From Pelomyxa schiedti (lineage: Eukaryota > Protista > Evosea), in NCBI GenBank assembly GCA_020536535.1, contig JAHLWZ010000899.1:1-53864 (forward strand): DNA of 53,864 nt, written 5' to 3'. Made by a program: the position numbers and the translations under genes. Positions within the stretch are counted from its first letter, which is position 1. Each line of letters starts with the position of its first letter. A model generated the notes under the pieces. It saw nothing but the letters and a program-made list of their open reading frames with translations, was not told the origin of the DNA and did not search any database. Shown piece after piece: positions 11,601-23,603 of this stretch.

Positions 11601-14600
11601 TGCACTAGCTTCTACAATAATATTGCTTCTCGTCTGCACTTTTGCCATAGTAATCATTCACAAAAAAAGTATAGCAACTATATATCAACACTATGAAAAT
11701 ATTGCTGATGCCGGTATACCTGCCAATGTTTCCTTGTTTATTTCATTTTTTTCAGGTGACGTGTTTTACACCCTTATGTCGGTTTTGTCTGTTGTGCGAG
11801 GCTGGCAATATCAAATTAGCAATGGGCTCAACATGACACCCAGTTTTGCCCACGAGAAACTGTTGAATGCGTCACAGAAATGGACATCTTTGTATGACAT
11901 TGAAACTGACATTGACTTGTTCCAGTTGAATACTACGGATTTTTTCCCAGACGGGTGAGATGGAGTGTAAATTTTGTGTACAACTAATTCCGGTTTAGCC
12001 CATGCAACACCAATTACTGCAACAATGGGGAGTGGGCAAATTCTTCACAGACCTTGAACGATGCTGTTACCCAAACAGTGTACAATCTCAGAACCCTGTT
12101 ATCAATTGGTAGTAAAACTATTTGTTTCTTTGAGCTAACCACTTGGAAGATATGAGTAAAGTGGGTAATTGTGAGAGCTCTGAGCTTAGATTCTTACTTG
12201 ACAACTTCGTACAAAATATTTCCCCAATGCAAGATGGCCTTCTAGATGATATGCTGCTAACCCCAGTGAGGGTTGCCGACAGAAGTCTGGTTATAATTTG
12301 CTCAGGTATTCGTCAACCCTCAAACCATATAATATATCTTAATGTGAACTAGTCTTCTGTATCACGAGCGTTTTATGCATTACAATATTTTTGTTACTCT
12401 TCTCTTTCAATATCAGAAAATTGGGCAAAGAAAGAGAATCCACCTTGGATCTGTTCTATGACATTCCCAAAGTACCACTTTTTCAACATATTTTTCCCCT
12501 TTTTTCTCATTCCCTTGATTATTAGTCTACTCTGCACAACTTATTGATGAAGTTCTCCTCAGAAGAAGACAGGTTTTCCCTTTCCTTTCCGAAATGGATG
12601 TGAGTGACCATATTAGGCTTAAAATCGAAGGAAAGCGCCTTGCTTCTGGGTTTGCGCGTGTGGATACATTACAACTTATGTGGATATCCTTTTCAGTCGC
12701 CATATTGCTTGTGTTTAGTGTCACCACCGTTGTGTTTGTGATCAGTGTTACTTGTTTTTCAAGTGGGGAGAGTTCAAGTGGTAAGTTCTTCCTGGTTTTT
12801 AAACCATGCCTCTTAATAAAAAGCCTAGTATACTACTTGCATGACGCTTTAGAGTTACAACATTCCCTTGGGCAAGTGGCATTCCTAAACAGAGAGCTGG
12901 TTGTGAGTGATGTCTCTACCTGGTCCAGGCAGGAGGTAAATCTAAGGGTTTCCTTTCACATATACAAATATTCCCAGGTTGAGGGCTTCATTGTTCGCGA
13001 AGTTGATGAGGCCAGGGAATTCAGCAAGCTGATAGATGCAGAAAGATTGTATGACCCATTCCCCATACCGTTCCTAATTTCATCTAGAGATGAATCAGAT
13101 TATTTAATGTTTGATAAAGAATGCCCTCCAGTGGAGCACCTACAACCATGTATCGGAATGTCAAACTTGATGTCTAATTTCATGGATATGTCTTTGTTGC
13201 TGACCAAGCAAAGTCAAGTCAATTCTACAAATGAAATTTACCTCTCTTCTTCTGCAGCCTATTCTGTCATCTACGAATGGTGAGGCTCTCCTTCTGTGTG
13301 TATGTTTGACCTATGGCAGGAAAGAGAGCGCAGTTCAAGCAATCTTTTCGGAACCCACAAAGTTTCTGAATCAGATGCTTTCATTAGCAACGTTCATCTC
13401 GATTATAAATTTACCTATAGCACTGGTGGCATTTGCATATTCGTATTCAGTCCTTGGGCGCCTCTCTTCGGAAATCTCCAGAACACTGCGCTTGTTGTTA
13501 ATGCTTCCACTGAACATTTTGGAAACTGTGGATTCAATAAGAGAATTTTTCGAAAATGGTTGTTGTTCCGCCTACATTAAGGTACGGATCCAAAAAATAC
13601 TAATAATGACACTTGACATCATCTTTTCCATAGGCAAGCTACGAAGATCAACAGCGAAGAACTCAGCTTATTCTCCAGGCCTCCAAGGATGCTGTTATTG
13701 GAACAAATCAAAAGTACATTGGGGAAATTGATTGTTCTGACCAAATTCAGGTGCTCAATAACGATCTTCAATCCTTCTGCCGAGCAACTCTTTGGCTATG
13801 CTGCAGACGAGGTGATTACCCTCCATTTTTTTTTGGTTGTTCCGACGGAGCAGTAGGTACTTGGGAAGAATATCCGAATGTTCCTAAATGATGTCAAAGC
13901 TGACTCTCATGCCCAAGCTGTAACGGTTGATTCTAGTACTTTAATTTGCAAAGCAGTCTAACATACTTAAAAGAATTGGGTACGGGCACATAGTGGGAGA
14001 AAGAGCGTTTTCTCCAAGAAAAAGAGGTCCTCTAAAGTGCAAAATATGGACGAATCTACAGCTTCTGCACTAGATACTGGAATACTAAATGACAACGAGG
14101 AACTGCAAATGAAAGGAAAAGGTTTGACCATGACCAATTAATTGACCGCACGATGATAATCGGGACCAGATGGGGCGTCCATATCCGTTTTGATGTCAAC
14201 GTGTTGCTGCAATGACTCTGATGGCTTCACATTCGTTAGCTTTATAAAAGTACACATAGCACCTGCAACCTCCTCTAATTACTTTTGTCTAGGACATACG
14301 AACTCTGAAGCAGCAACAAGAAGAGCTGGAGAAGCAAAGGCGTCGTGCTGATGAGCTATTGCTGAACATACTTCCATCTGCGGTCATTGAAGACCTGAAA
14401 TTTGCGGAACCTGGAAAAGTTGTAGCTCAGCTGCACACTGAAGTAACCATATTGTTTGCTGGTATTATCATCAGATTAAGTATTGGAAAACTCACTCAAT
14501 GGGTAGATATTCAATCCTTCACACCAATGGCAAGCTTAATGGACCCTACTTCACTGGTTTACTTCCTTGGAATAGCTCGTTTTGATAACCACTGTTCTAT

Positions 14601-15346
14601 AGGTTATACTGTTAAATGACCTATTTAGCCGCTGGGACAGCTTGTGCCCAAAATATGGAATAGAGAAAAGTATGTTCCTCAAAGCAGAGTTTCAAACAAA
14701 CCTGGTTCTTTAGTTAAAACCATTGGTGATGCCTTCATGGCGGCAAGTGGTCTACCTCACCCTTGTGAAGACCACGCCTCCCGAATGGTATAATTATGTA
14801 AGATCAAAACGGGGACTCCTAACACCGAAATAGATAGAATTTGCAATGGCAATGCTTCGGTCGCTGGCAGCATTTAATAAAAAACATGCTTCCAATCCTC
14901 CTCTCTCTGTGCGAATTGGAGTGAATACCGGCAGCGTTGTAGCAGGCATCATAGGAACAAACAAGTTTCAGTATGACCTGTATGTACACATTCAGTTGAC
15001 AGAGTTCAGGAATTAATTGGTTTTTTAGGTGGGGTGACGCCGTGAATCTAGCAGCACGATTGGAAAGTGTGGGAGTTCCAAACAGGATTCAAGTTGGTCC
15101 AAGAACTTACGAAATTCTTGCTGATACCTTCACTGTATGCCTTTACCACCATTCTATTCAGTTTCTCACACATAACCCACCAAAACAAAAAAAAAGTGGG
15201 AAAGCCGTGGATTGATCAATATCAAGGGGAAGGGCGATGTGCCATGCTATTTACTTGAAGAGAGTGTTGGTGCTTCCACGACGGCCAGCACTGCCAGTAT
15301 CAAGTCACAAGATCTCACTAAAGCACGAGATCAAGTGTTGTTTTAA
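8602..15346 (+). CDS. Multi-pass membrane TmcB/TmcC-like protein with PAS domain and C-terminal class III adenylate cyclase
   Basis: Many hydrophobic exons. TPR-like helices YPNSAYLCLNFASFL and PEVLRYYALFLMDI. PAS exons FNPSAEQLFGYAADE|VLGKNIRMFL. Signalling helix RRADELLLNILPSAV. Cyclase motifs EVTILFA|DIQSFT, EK|VKTIGDAFMAASG, VRIGVNTGSVVAGIIG, KFQYDL|WGDAVNLAARLES, IKGKG. Confidence 0.9.
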
Positions 15347-15620
15347 CCTTGGGCTTATTGTGTAAATAACTTCGAATTCACTGTAAAAAGCCTATTTAAA
15401 AAAAAAGAAAACTCAGTCGGTTTTTTGTGGCAAAGTTTCTTTTAACCAAGGAAACAATTTACCAGTTGTTTTTATAGCTATTTAGTTAATTGGTAACAAT
15501 TTAACCTCGGTAGAGGTTTCCGAACTGTTGAATGAAGCCAGGGTGTTGCCTCCATTGGAATCCCATTGTGTGGTGTGGCTGGGTTGTGAAATTAGTTTAC
15601 TAGTTTGATTGGTCTCTAAT

Positions 15621-16683
15621 TCATACTTTGGGCATTTTGGAGGGGTGTCGTGTGCGTGGATAGGTACAACATAGCTGCTGCATGCTCATGCGGAACTCGT
15701 CATAAGAAACACGTCCATCGCGGTTTTTGTCCTGGAAAAGGTGAAAAAAAACAAAAGCGTGTTTATCTCTTACCAAGTGGTTCAAAAACATTTGGCACTC
15801 AGTTCTAATATAGCAAGGTATTAGAAGTGAACTATGTGATGAAAACCTACGGGTTGAGGTGGTATCCGAAGCTCTTGAGAGCTTTTTGCACCTCGGCAGC
15901 ATTCATTACTCCATCACGCATGATATCCATCTAATGCCACCAAAAAGGTCACAAAAGAAAATGAACAAAGGAAGTCACACATAGATTTTCTGCAACTTCA
16001 TATCTCTCTTTGGCGTCCACACAGGCTACGTTATTCATGCATTAATGCCAATACGAAAAATTACATCACTACCTTGTAGTACATTCCCTGCATAAGTTGA
16101 GACATATAAGTAGGGAAACCCATTGGGTTCATTCCCATGCCCATTCCAGGCTGCATCCCCATGCCCATCCCTGGTTGCATTCCCATTCCGGGCTGCATCC
16201 CCATTCCCGGCTGCATTCCCATTCCCATTCCCATGCCCGGTTGCATTCCCATTCCGGGCATTCCGCTCATTCCCATTGGGTTCATTCCCATTCCCATCCC
16301 GGGCTGCATTCCCATGCCCATTCCAGGTTGCATTCCCATTCCTGGCATTCCGCTCATTCCCATTGGTGGCATTCCCATCCCTGGCATTCCGCCCATTCCC
16401 ATTGGTGGCATACCCATTGGAGGAGGCATTCCCATTGGTGGCATCCCTAATATACAAAAGCATGGTATTAACACCAAACAAAAACAAAGTGGGGAAAAAA
16501 ACGGCTTCAACAAGTTCTTGCACTCACACAACAACATGAAGTAATTTCGAGCCCATAATATTCGGTTTAAAATAATAGCGCAATAACACAAAACAACGAG
16601 TCACCGGGCATTGCTGACATTCCCATTGGAGGCATTCCAGGCATGCCCATTCCAGGCATCCCCATTGGTGGATAGTAGGCCAT
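15621..16683 (-). CDS. EF-hand calcium-binding protein with Gly/Met/Pro/Gln-rich repetitive N-terminus
   Basis: Starts MAYYPPMGMPGMG and continues in (GMGMQP)n repeats. EF-hand-like loops MDIMRDGVMNAAEV and DKNRDGRVSYDEF. Confidence 0.8.
16120..16447 (-). repeat. Coding tandem repeats (GMGMQP / GMNPMGMSGMP units)
   Basis: Reiterated cccatt/cccatg/ggctgcat units on the + strand keep several reading frames open on both strands. Confidence 0.9.
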
Positions 16684-16885
16684 TTTCTTTATGTGTTCGT
16701 TGTGCTGTTGGCTATGAGTATGGTTTATTTTGTTGTTTTTCCTTCTTCGTATGAAATTTTTTAGGCGTTGTGGCTATTGATGTTTCCAACTCCAGTAACT
16801 TCAGTTGCAAGCAATAGATACTAGATCCTGTAGGGGCTTCTCTCTTTCTTGGTTCTCACATCAAAAAAATAATCAACAGACCGTA

Positions 16886-18097
16886 ATGGCCCAAGATCGG
16901 CCTTCTGGTGTTTATTATCCCATGAGTGACGTCTGTTGCCTGCTGCTTTGTGGCACAAACAAAAAGAAACACAACGCACGGAAAATATGGATACAACGTT
17001 AGCGTGGTCAACTGTACGAGCTGTAATATTCGTATCTGTGTTTATGCAGCACGCACTGAGATCTGACTACCCTTGTACCCACAACATGCGGTCCTACTTA
17101 TTTTATCCTTACGAACTCCGTAATAGATGCGATGGAGAGTGTCTGTTGTATGAATGGCGTTGGATTGACTAACTACACCCCGATTTTGAACTTGCCCGAA
17201 GAACGCCGTCCGGCGACCTCTGATGGCAGATATGTGTTGGAGCATCCCAATACAGGTCAATCTGAACCGACTGTAATTGAGTCACGATCGACCGCCGGTC
17301 CCGCTTACAAAACAATGTGGCATTTGGCAGTTAGACTTGAGGATCTCTCGCAGAGAGATACTACAGATGTGGTTACAATGGGTGCTGCTAAGGAAACAAA
17401 GCAGTCTGCCTTGGCGTATTGGATCCCATTTCGGCCCGCTCTGTGGAGTTCTGTTCCATCTTACGTGGAAGATACCAGCCAAGAGGCAGAACCAGATTTC
17501 GCGCTCTGTGAAGGCTCTAAGAGAAATTCTATCCGACCCAGTCTCAGTATTACGCCCAAGGCTGTAGTATCTCCCTCAGATCCATCCATCCTCTTGTTAC
17601 AGAGTCTTCCAGGTTTGGCGCTCGCAAAAGTTGAATTTCCAACACTAGACTCTACTTATGTATATTCTAGTGACATTTCACCTCCTATTCCTTCCAAACA
17701 GTTTGAAAGCGATGTAGAAGAGGAAGGTGCCACTGTACCTAGAACTGGCACAGAAGGGTCCACGTTTTTTCCTCCTCAGAAGAACCCGATCTCAACAAAC
17801 CACATCATGCAGAGAAGTCAATGCGAATCGACGCCGCCCCGTAACATTTCCCCATTGGAAGGCATAGAAGTACCGCTCGTTCCTTACGAGACTGCATTAC
17901 CCAGTTACACAGACACAAAGCACCCAAAGAAATCTGGAACACCAAACGCAGACGCAACCAGCAGTGAGTTGGCCACACTCATGAGAAAGTACCTCCGAAG
18001 CCCGTTCCTTGGGATTTTCTGGCTACTGTCTGTTACAATTGCTACCATCACTCTCACTCTTTGGCACTGGAAATCCCCAACCACTCAACTCCCTTAA
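16886..18097 (+). CDS. Hypothetical protein with C-terminal transmembrane anchor
   Basis: 321-aa terminal ORF 17132-18097 ends in a hydrophobic helix (PFLGIFWLLSVTIATITLTLWHW). The 5' exons and start are uncertain. Confidence 0.55.
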
Positions 18098-18182
18098 TTG
18101 CTTCCAAATACAATAAATGGTGTTACTACTATGTTGGGTTCTTCCCTTTGTTGGGTTGTGAGTAAAAAAAAACCCACAACAC

Positions 18183-20153
18183 TCACCATATTGGCATACA
18201 GTACCACTCAGGAGTAACCACGTCCTCCAGTAGCTTATCAGGGTTTGTTGTTATGTGAGGCCTTGGTGAGTCCGGTACCAGCTTGATGTCCGTCACAACT
18301 GGGGGGTGTGTGGTGCTGTACTGCCACGGGTTCTCAGAGTAGGATTCTGAATCCAGCAGGTAAAAGGGGGTGGTAGGGTGAGCTGAAGGGGGGTTGCTGG
18401 CGCTTCTGGTGCTGTTGACTGGGGTGGGGGGAGGTACAGTCTTTCCTATTATGAGCTCAGCTGTGGTAGCGGGCTTGTTATAGCTCCGGTTGAACGTCAT
18501 GGAACCAAATTCGTGTAGTTCAAACATTCTGTACTTGGTGGTGGAGAGCGTCATTGATGTGGGGTCTTCTGATACAACGCGCCATGTGCCTTCCTCAGCC
18601 CAGATTGATATTCTCCTCTAATGAAAGGTAAGATGGTGAAACCAATAGAGATATTAGCAGTACCCCTTTGCTGTAGCCTTGAGAGTAGAAAACTCTTCTG
18701 CAAGTACCATTCTGCCGCAGTGTGAGGACTAGAGCGGAATTTGGTAAATCCAACCCAGGTTATATGGTGGATGCTCACCGTAGTTTTCTTTTGTTGTACG
18801 GCTGTCATGGAAAAAGACTTCACTGCGTGTATCAAAAAGTGTTTCCCAGTGTACTTTGGGTGAAAATGGGACTGCCTTGAGAAAAGCTTTCCCTTTTTCC
18901 TTGAGGTCAGGGATGGATGAAGAGCTATCATCAAGGTCGAAATTTCTTTCCATCCAACTTCCACATACTTTGTCGAAGATAGTTGAAGGAAGATCCAGCA
19001 ACGCACTCAAACCGGATTCGATTAGCTTGTTTCTCTTCCACACAAGTAAGGGAATTCTGACCTGTAGTACTAAGTCAAGTTTGGGGAAGAGCCAAAAGGG
19101 GAAATTACTCGCTTAAGCAATGTCTGTAGCCTCCTGCGCATCAAATTTTGCTTGAATAAGGCCACAGCCTCCAAGTCAACTACAATCACTAGACAGCACA
19201 TGATAAGTCATTAATCCAATTATCCCGAATTTCAGGCTGCAAACCGGAAATATGGTTCCAGATCCCATTATATTTAGGTTTCTTGAGTTCATTGAACCAA
19301 ATTTGGTAGATGGCAGGTTTGCCAACATGAACTTGAGGAGAAAAACTATAGACGTATTTCTCGTACGGGCTGTCATTTCTTGAGCTCTCAAGAGGGGTCT
19401 CTAGTGGAGTATCCTCTGTCACATTCGGTGACTGCAACAACGTGGGTGCATGATTTGGTTCCCACTCTCCTTGACTTGGCTGAAAATGGAGGATACCCTT
19501 GCAAGAAGTTAAGATGTGCAATGTGGTGTTGCAATTCAGGAGATGAGTTGGGAATTCGAACTGGTACATCTCTGTGGTGGTTTTTATTTTCTCCTGTTTG
19601 GTCTGTCAATAGGATAGTACGCAAGAGTTCCTGGCGAAAAACCTGCTTAAAAGAGAACTGCTTCACTGTGGTTACAGGCCGTCTTATTTTAGTATACAAG
19701 TCTTTTCTTCTTTGACTGGCGCCGGAGTCACAAGTCAATAGACTGAGAAGATCATTCTGTGCTTGGTGAAGGTTCTGCAATGCCTCGTCAATTCCATCCC
19801 TATGCCTGAATTTCGATCGATACAGCTCGATTCTGTTGTAAGTATCGTATATCTAACAAGCTTTGTTTAGCATTGGCCCCAATTAACAGCTCTTATTTTT
19901 TTTGTTTTGAGTTGCCTACGTCCTCCCAGTGCCCAACTCCAGCGAATTGCGCAATTGACTGCCTAACATGGTCAGGCAGCAAGTCCGGAAGGGCGTCCAC
20001 GATACCGGCCGAGAACTCGTCTCGAACGACATTATCCACATTAGACGCCGCCGTTTCCGCTGTCGCTTCTACTGCACAACTAGATGTCTCAGTTGTGCTC
20101 TCCTGTGGTCTTGCAGTGGCGCGAGACAAGAAACCTAGCCGATCTTGTAACAT
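18183..20153 (-). CDS. Hypothetical multi-exon protein
   Basis: A chain of same-strand ORFs (19893-20153, 19388-19780, 19189-19569, 18729-19043, 18183-18554) separated by plausible short introns. No domain recognised. Confidence 0.5.
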
Positions 20154-20255
20154 GTCCGTTGACAGGACAACCTGGTTTTTTTTTTCTTGGTTTTACGGTT
20201 TCTGATTGGCAGAAAATTCGTGTTATGTCTATCCGGGTTTGTAATTACACAGTGA

Positions 20256-23200
20256 TCAAGGGGTTTTGTTGGCGTTTGGTGGCGGCTTGCTTGCTGGTGT
20301 TGGGGGAAGTCCCACAATCGAGTGCGAGGCAGCCGGATTAGTGCGAGAACACACAGAAGTTGGTGAGGCAGCTGTGGTAGTGGAGCTTGGAGGTGGCGAG
20401 TGTGTCGCGGTTGTGTGTGGTTTGGGCGGTTTGGGCAGTGCCCGCGCCGGCACGCTTGCGCTGCATACGAGATTGTTGCGGTGAGCTTGCTGCTGTGATA
20501 GAGGTTGAGGTTGAGGTTGTTGTTGCTGCTGCTGGGCCGGTGTTGCAGGTGGTGGTTCTGTTGGTGACTGAGTGGCGGCAGGGTGCGGTGGTTTGGCTGC
20601 GGTCCCGCCGCCGGGTTTGGGTGTGGTCTGTGGGGACGGTGCAGCGGACGATGACGTGGATGGAGACTGCGATGATTGGGGGGAAGGGTTGGGTGTGGTG
20701 GGGTTGGATGACGACGATGACGACGATGACGATGTGGAACCCGGTGTTGTGGTGGTGGGATTGGCGGCGGCGGTGGTTGGTGAGGCTGTTGTGTTTGTGG
20801 GTGTGGCGCCTGAGGAGCTGGAGGACGTTGTTGTGTTGGATGATAGGATAGATGACTTTTCTATTCTGGCTGTTTTTGTTGGGGTTTTTGGGTCAGTTTT
20901 GGGGGTTCTTGTATTGGGAAGGAAGTTACCTAGTAAGTCACCAACAATATGGTTAGGGGACAACATCTCTTGCCAGTTCTCAATAGAGAGTGAACCAGAG
21001 GGTTTTGGGGGTGCAGGTGAAGGTGTTGCTGTGCTAGAGGAACTAGTGGATGTAGAATTTGAAGGAGTGCTTGACTCATTGCCGTGAATGAGGCAAGTCA
21101 TTGTTTTACCAAATTTCTTAAAACTTTGCATTGATAATGATGCTGAATCATACGGTAATATCTTAGCTTTTGTACGGCGTCTGTCTTTTGTCGGATCTGG
21201 GGGCTCAAGAAGATCTTTTTGGTCTTAAGGACGTTATTTCTGAGATTTGAAAGGTTACCTGGATCAGAGGCACAGGTCTCACACAGGAGAGAGCCAGTGG
21301 CGCTTCCCAACGCGAGATCTCCTTCCAGAAATATGTGGCAAGCTGAGCAAAAAAAGCACTGGAGGAATGAAGAATGAGTTGGAGAAGGAACGAGAGGAAA
21401 TCAAGTACCTTCGTATGGAAGAAATGTTCATGGAAAACAGAGCAAGGCTGTGATGCCTCCATCTGAACATTGCAATTGGGACAAATATCTCTAGAATCTC
21501 TAAGGGCGATAAGTTATGCAAAAAAAATGGGAACATGTGTGACCTTAGGAAGGCACTATATGGCCGGTATGGTGGTTCTTTATCTGGCTTTAGTAGAATG
21601 CATTGGGATTCCAGTGTCCCTCGAATTGCAAGGTCTTCTCGTTCGTTAATGAACATCCAAAAAATTTGAGAGGCTTCAAAGACTTCTAGAAACTGCAGGG
21701 CAAGGGATGTTAAAATAACAGATACAAACTGCATCAGCTACCTTTCTTGATGGCTCGTCGCGAGATGCGATAAAGGCTTCGGTATCAAAATTGACTTCCT
21801 TTGGTTTTCGCTTTAATTTGGCAATAGCTGGATCCCGAGAGAAAAATCTCTCATAACCCTTGAATATGGTACGAAAAAAGTGCAGGAAAGCTTTGGAAAT
21901 TGCGTGGTCAAGTTCTTTGTTTTCGGGGCTTACTATTTGGGCCGTTAAAACAAAAGAGAGTAGGACTTGGACAACAATTAAAGGAGCCAGTAATAGTGGA
22001 GAGGGAGTTCAGCAGCAAGCCTGTTGGCTCTTCTGGGAGTGATTTTGGAAAAGGAGGTTTTGCAATAAATAGACTTTTGTCAATATCTAGAATTACCACC
22101 TGTAAGTGAGGCAGGGACTTAAATCAGGAATAAGCGCGTGAGGTATACCTCTTCAATGGGAATGCCTGACCTCTTCATTTCTTCATAGGAATTTCTCAAG
22201 CACCCAATAAAAAACGGCATAGGTGCACTTATGTACCCAATAAGAGATTTGGGAAGTATTGGTATAAATACATGCTGTGTGGTGTAAGTGGCAGCACAAA
22301 GGAGGGGAAGGAATATTGCCTGCCATGTGAAAGGAAAAAGAATGGCACAAAGCGCATTTATAAATGAACTCAGAAGTTCCAACTTAGATGATACAATCAA
22401 AATCCTATTCTCACAGAGAAGAGAATGCCATAATTGCACAATTGCTGTGACGGAGAATTTTGAAAAAATTGGATATAATGAAACCTGGGCAGAAAGATTT
22501 TAACAATTAAAGGAGCTAACTTCGTCGATTACGATACATAGTCAAGCATGGTATCAGATGCTGGACGAGTTAGGGTGTATTCTGTCATTCCCTGCCCAGG
22601 GGTATTGGAGAATGTTTTTACAACAAAGCTCTCCCCCGCTTGTGGAAATGGGTGTGCTAAAACAGTCTGTGAATGTGGTGAGATTTGCTTGGCAGTTTCC
22701 AGTTAAACTGACCCGCAGGAACGCGAAGACTTGTGAGGAAGAGACTTTCCTCTTTTCCTCTACAATATCCAGAAGGGTACTGAATAGGGTCAACGAAGGT
22801 CTTGAGTGGGAAAAAAAAGAATCAGAGTCCAATGTGCCAATTTAAAGTAAGGAAAGACCTACACAAGGCTGATAATGCAAAAGCACTCTGCTGGTGTTAG
22901 TTGAACGAATCTTCGGCAGTATCCAAATCGTTTTGAGCCATCAGTGGCTGTTAGGACGAAGGAAAACGTTTCAGATGCCCTTTTTTTTGGTAAGTTGATA
23001 AATCAGAAAGGGTCAGCGTTAGAGTCACTTCTTAGGCGCCTTCGACGAGGCAACAGTTGGTGGCGCAGTGGACAAGAGAGAATCCTCTTCAGGAAAGCAA
23101 AATTGTGCTATTGTGGCAGACTCATCACCAACATTTGTTTCTCCAGGCTGTAAAGGAGGAAATCGGTAGTTCACAGTTGGAAATGGCTTTCCTCCTTTTT

Positions 23201-23352
23201 TTTTTTTAAATTTGTTAAATAGGGTGCCAGGCACTACAGCAAAGTGGAAATTGGAGGAAAAAACCCACAATACCCTTTGATTCCAGACGGATCACCAACA
23301 CATAGTCAAACAGCTCCTCAACTGTCTTTGTCGTCTTTTTGTGCTTCGACAT
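20256..23352 (-). CDS. DENN-domain protein (Rab GEF: uDENN-cDENN-dDENN) with Ser/Thr/Pro-rich tail
   Basis: Starts MSKHKKTTKTVEELFDYVLVI. Motifs: YRFPP, IAQFCFPE, FSFVLTATDGSKRFGYCRR, LLCENRILIVSSKLELLS...LFPFTWQ|HVFIPILP...APMPFFIG, FLEVFEASQIFWMFINER. Confidence 0.9.
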
Positions 23353-23603
23353 CCACCGCACGGATCTCTGAGGTTTGATGGTTTTTTTTCTTTCCGTTGA
23401 TCGAACAAAGCGAATTTCACTGCTGCGTGACAGCCCAGAAAAAGAATAAGACGATTTCTCATAGAGGAAGCAAAAAAAACTTTTGATTTTTTTTGTTCAT
23501 GATTGGTGGTGGGGAGAATCCTCCGCACGGCAGGGTATTCTATTTGATATTGGGGTGTGGTAGCTTACAGGTAGTGCAGAACCGGGATCCGGCAATTTAT
23601 TTA

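Noticed and set aside
16097-16544. Plus-strand ORFs with (IPIPGC)n, (HSHS)n and (AFPF)n repeats
   Set aside because: These are antisense or alternate-frame shadows of the GMGMQP repeat in the minus-strand EF-hand gene.
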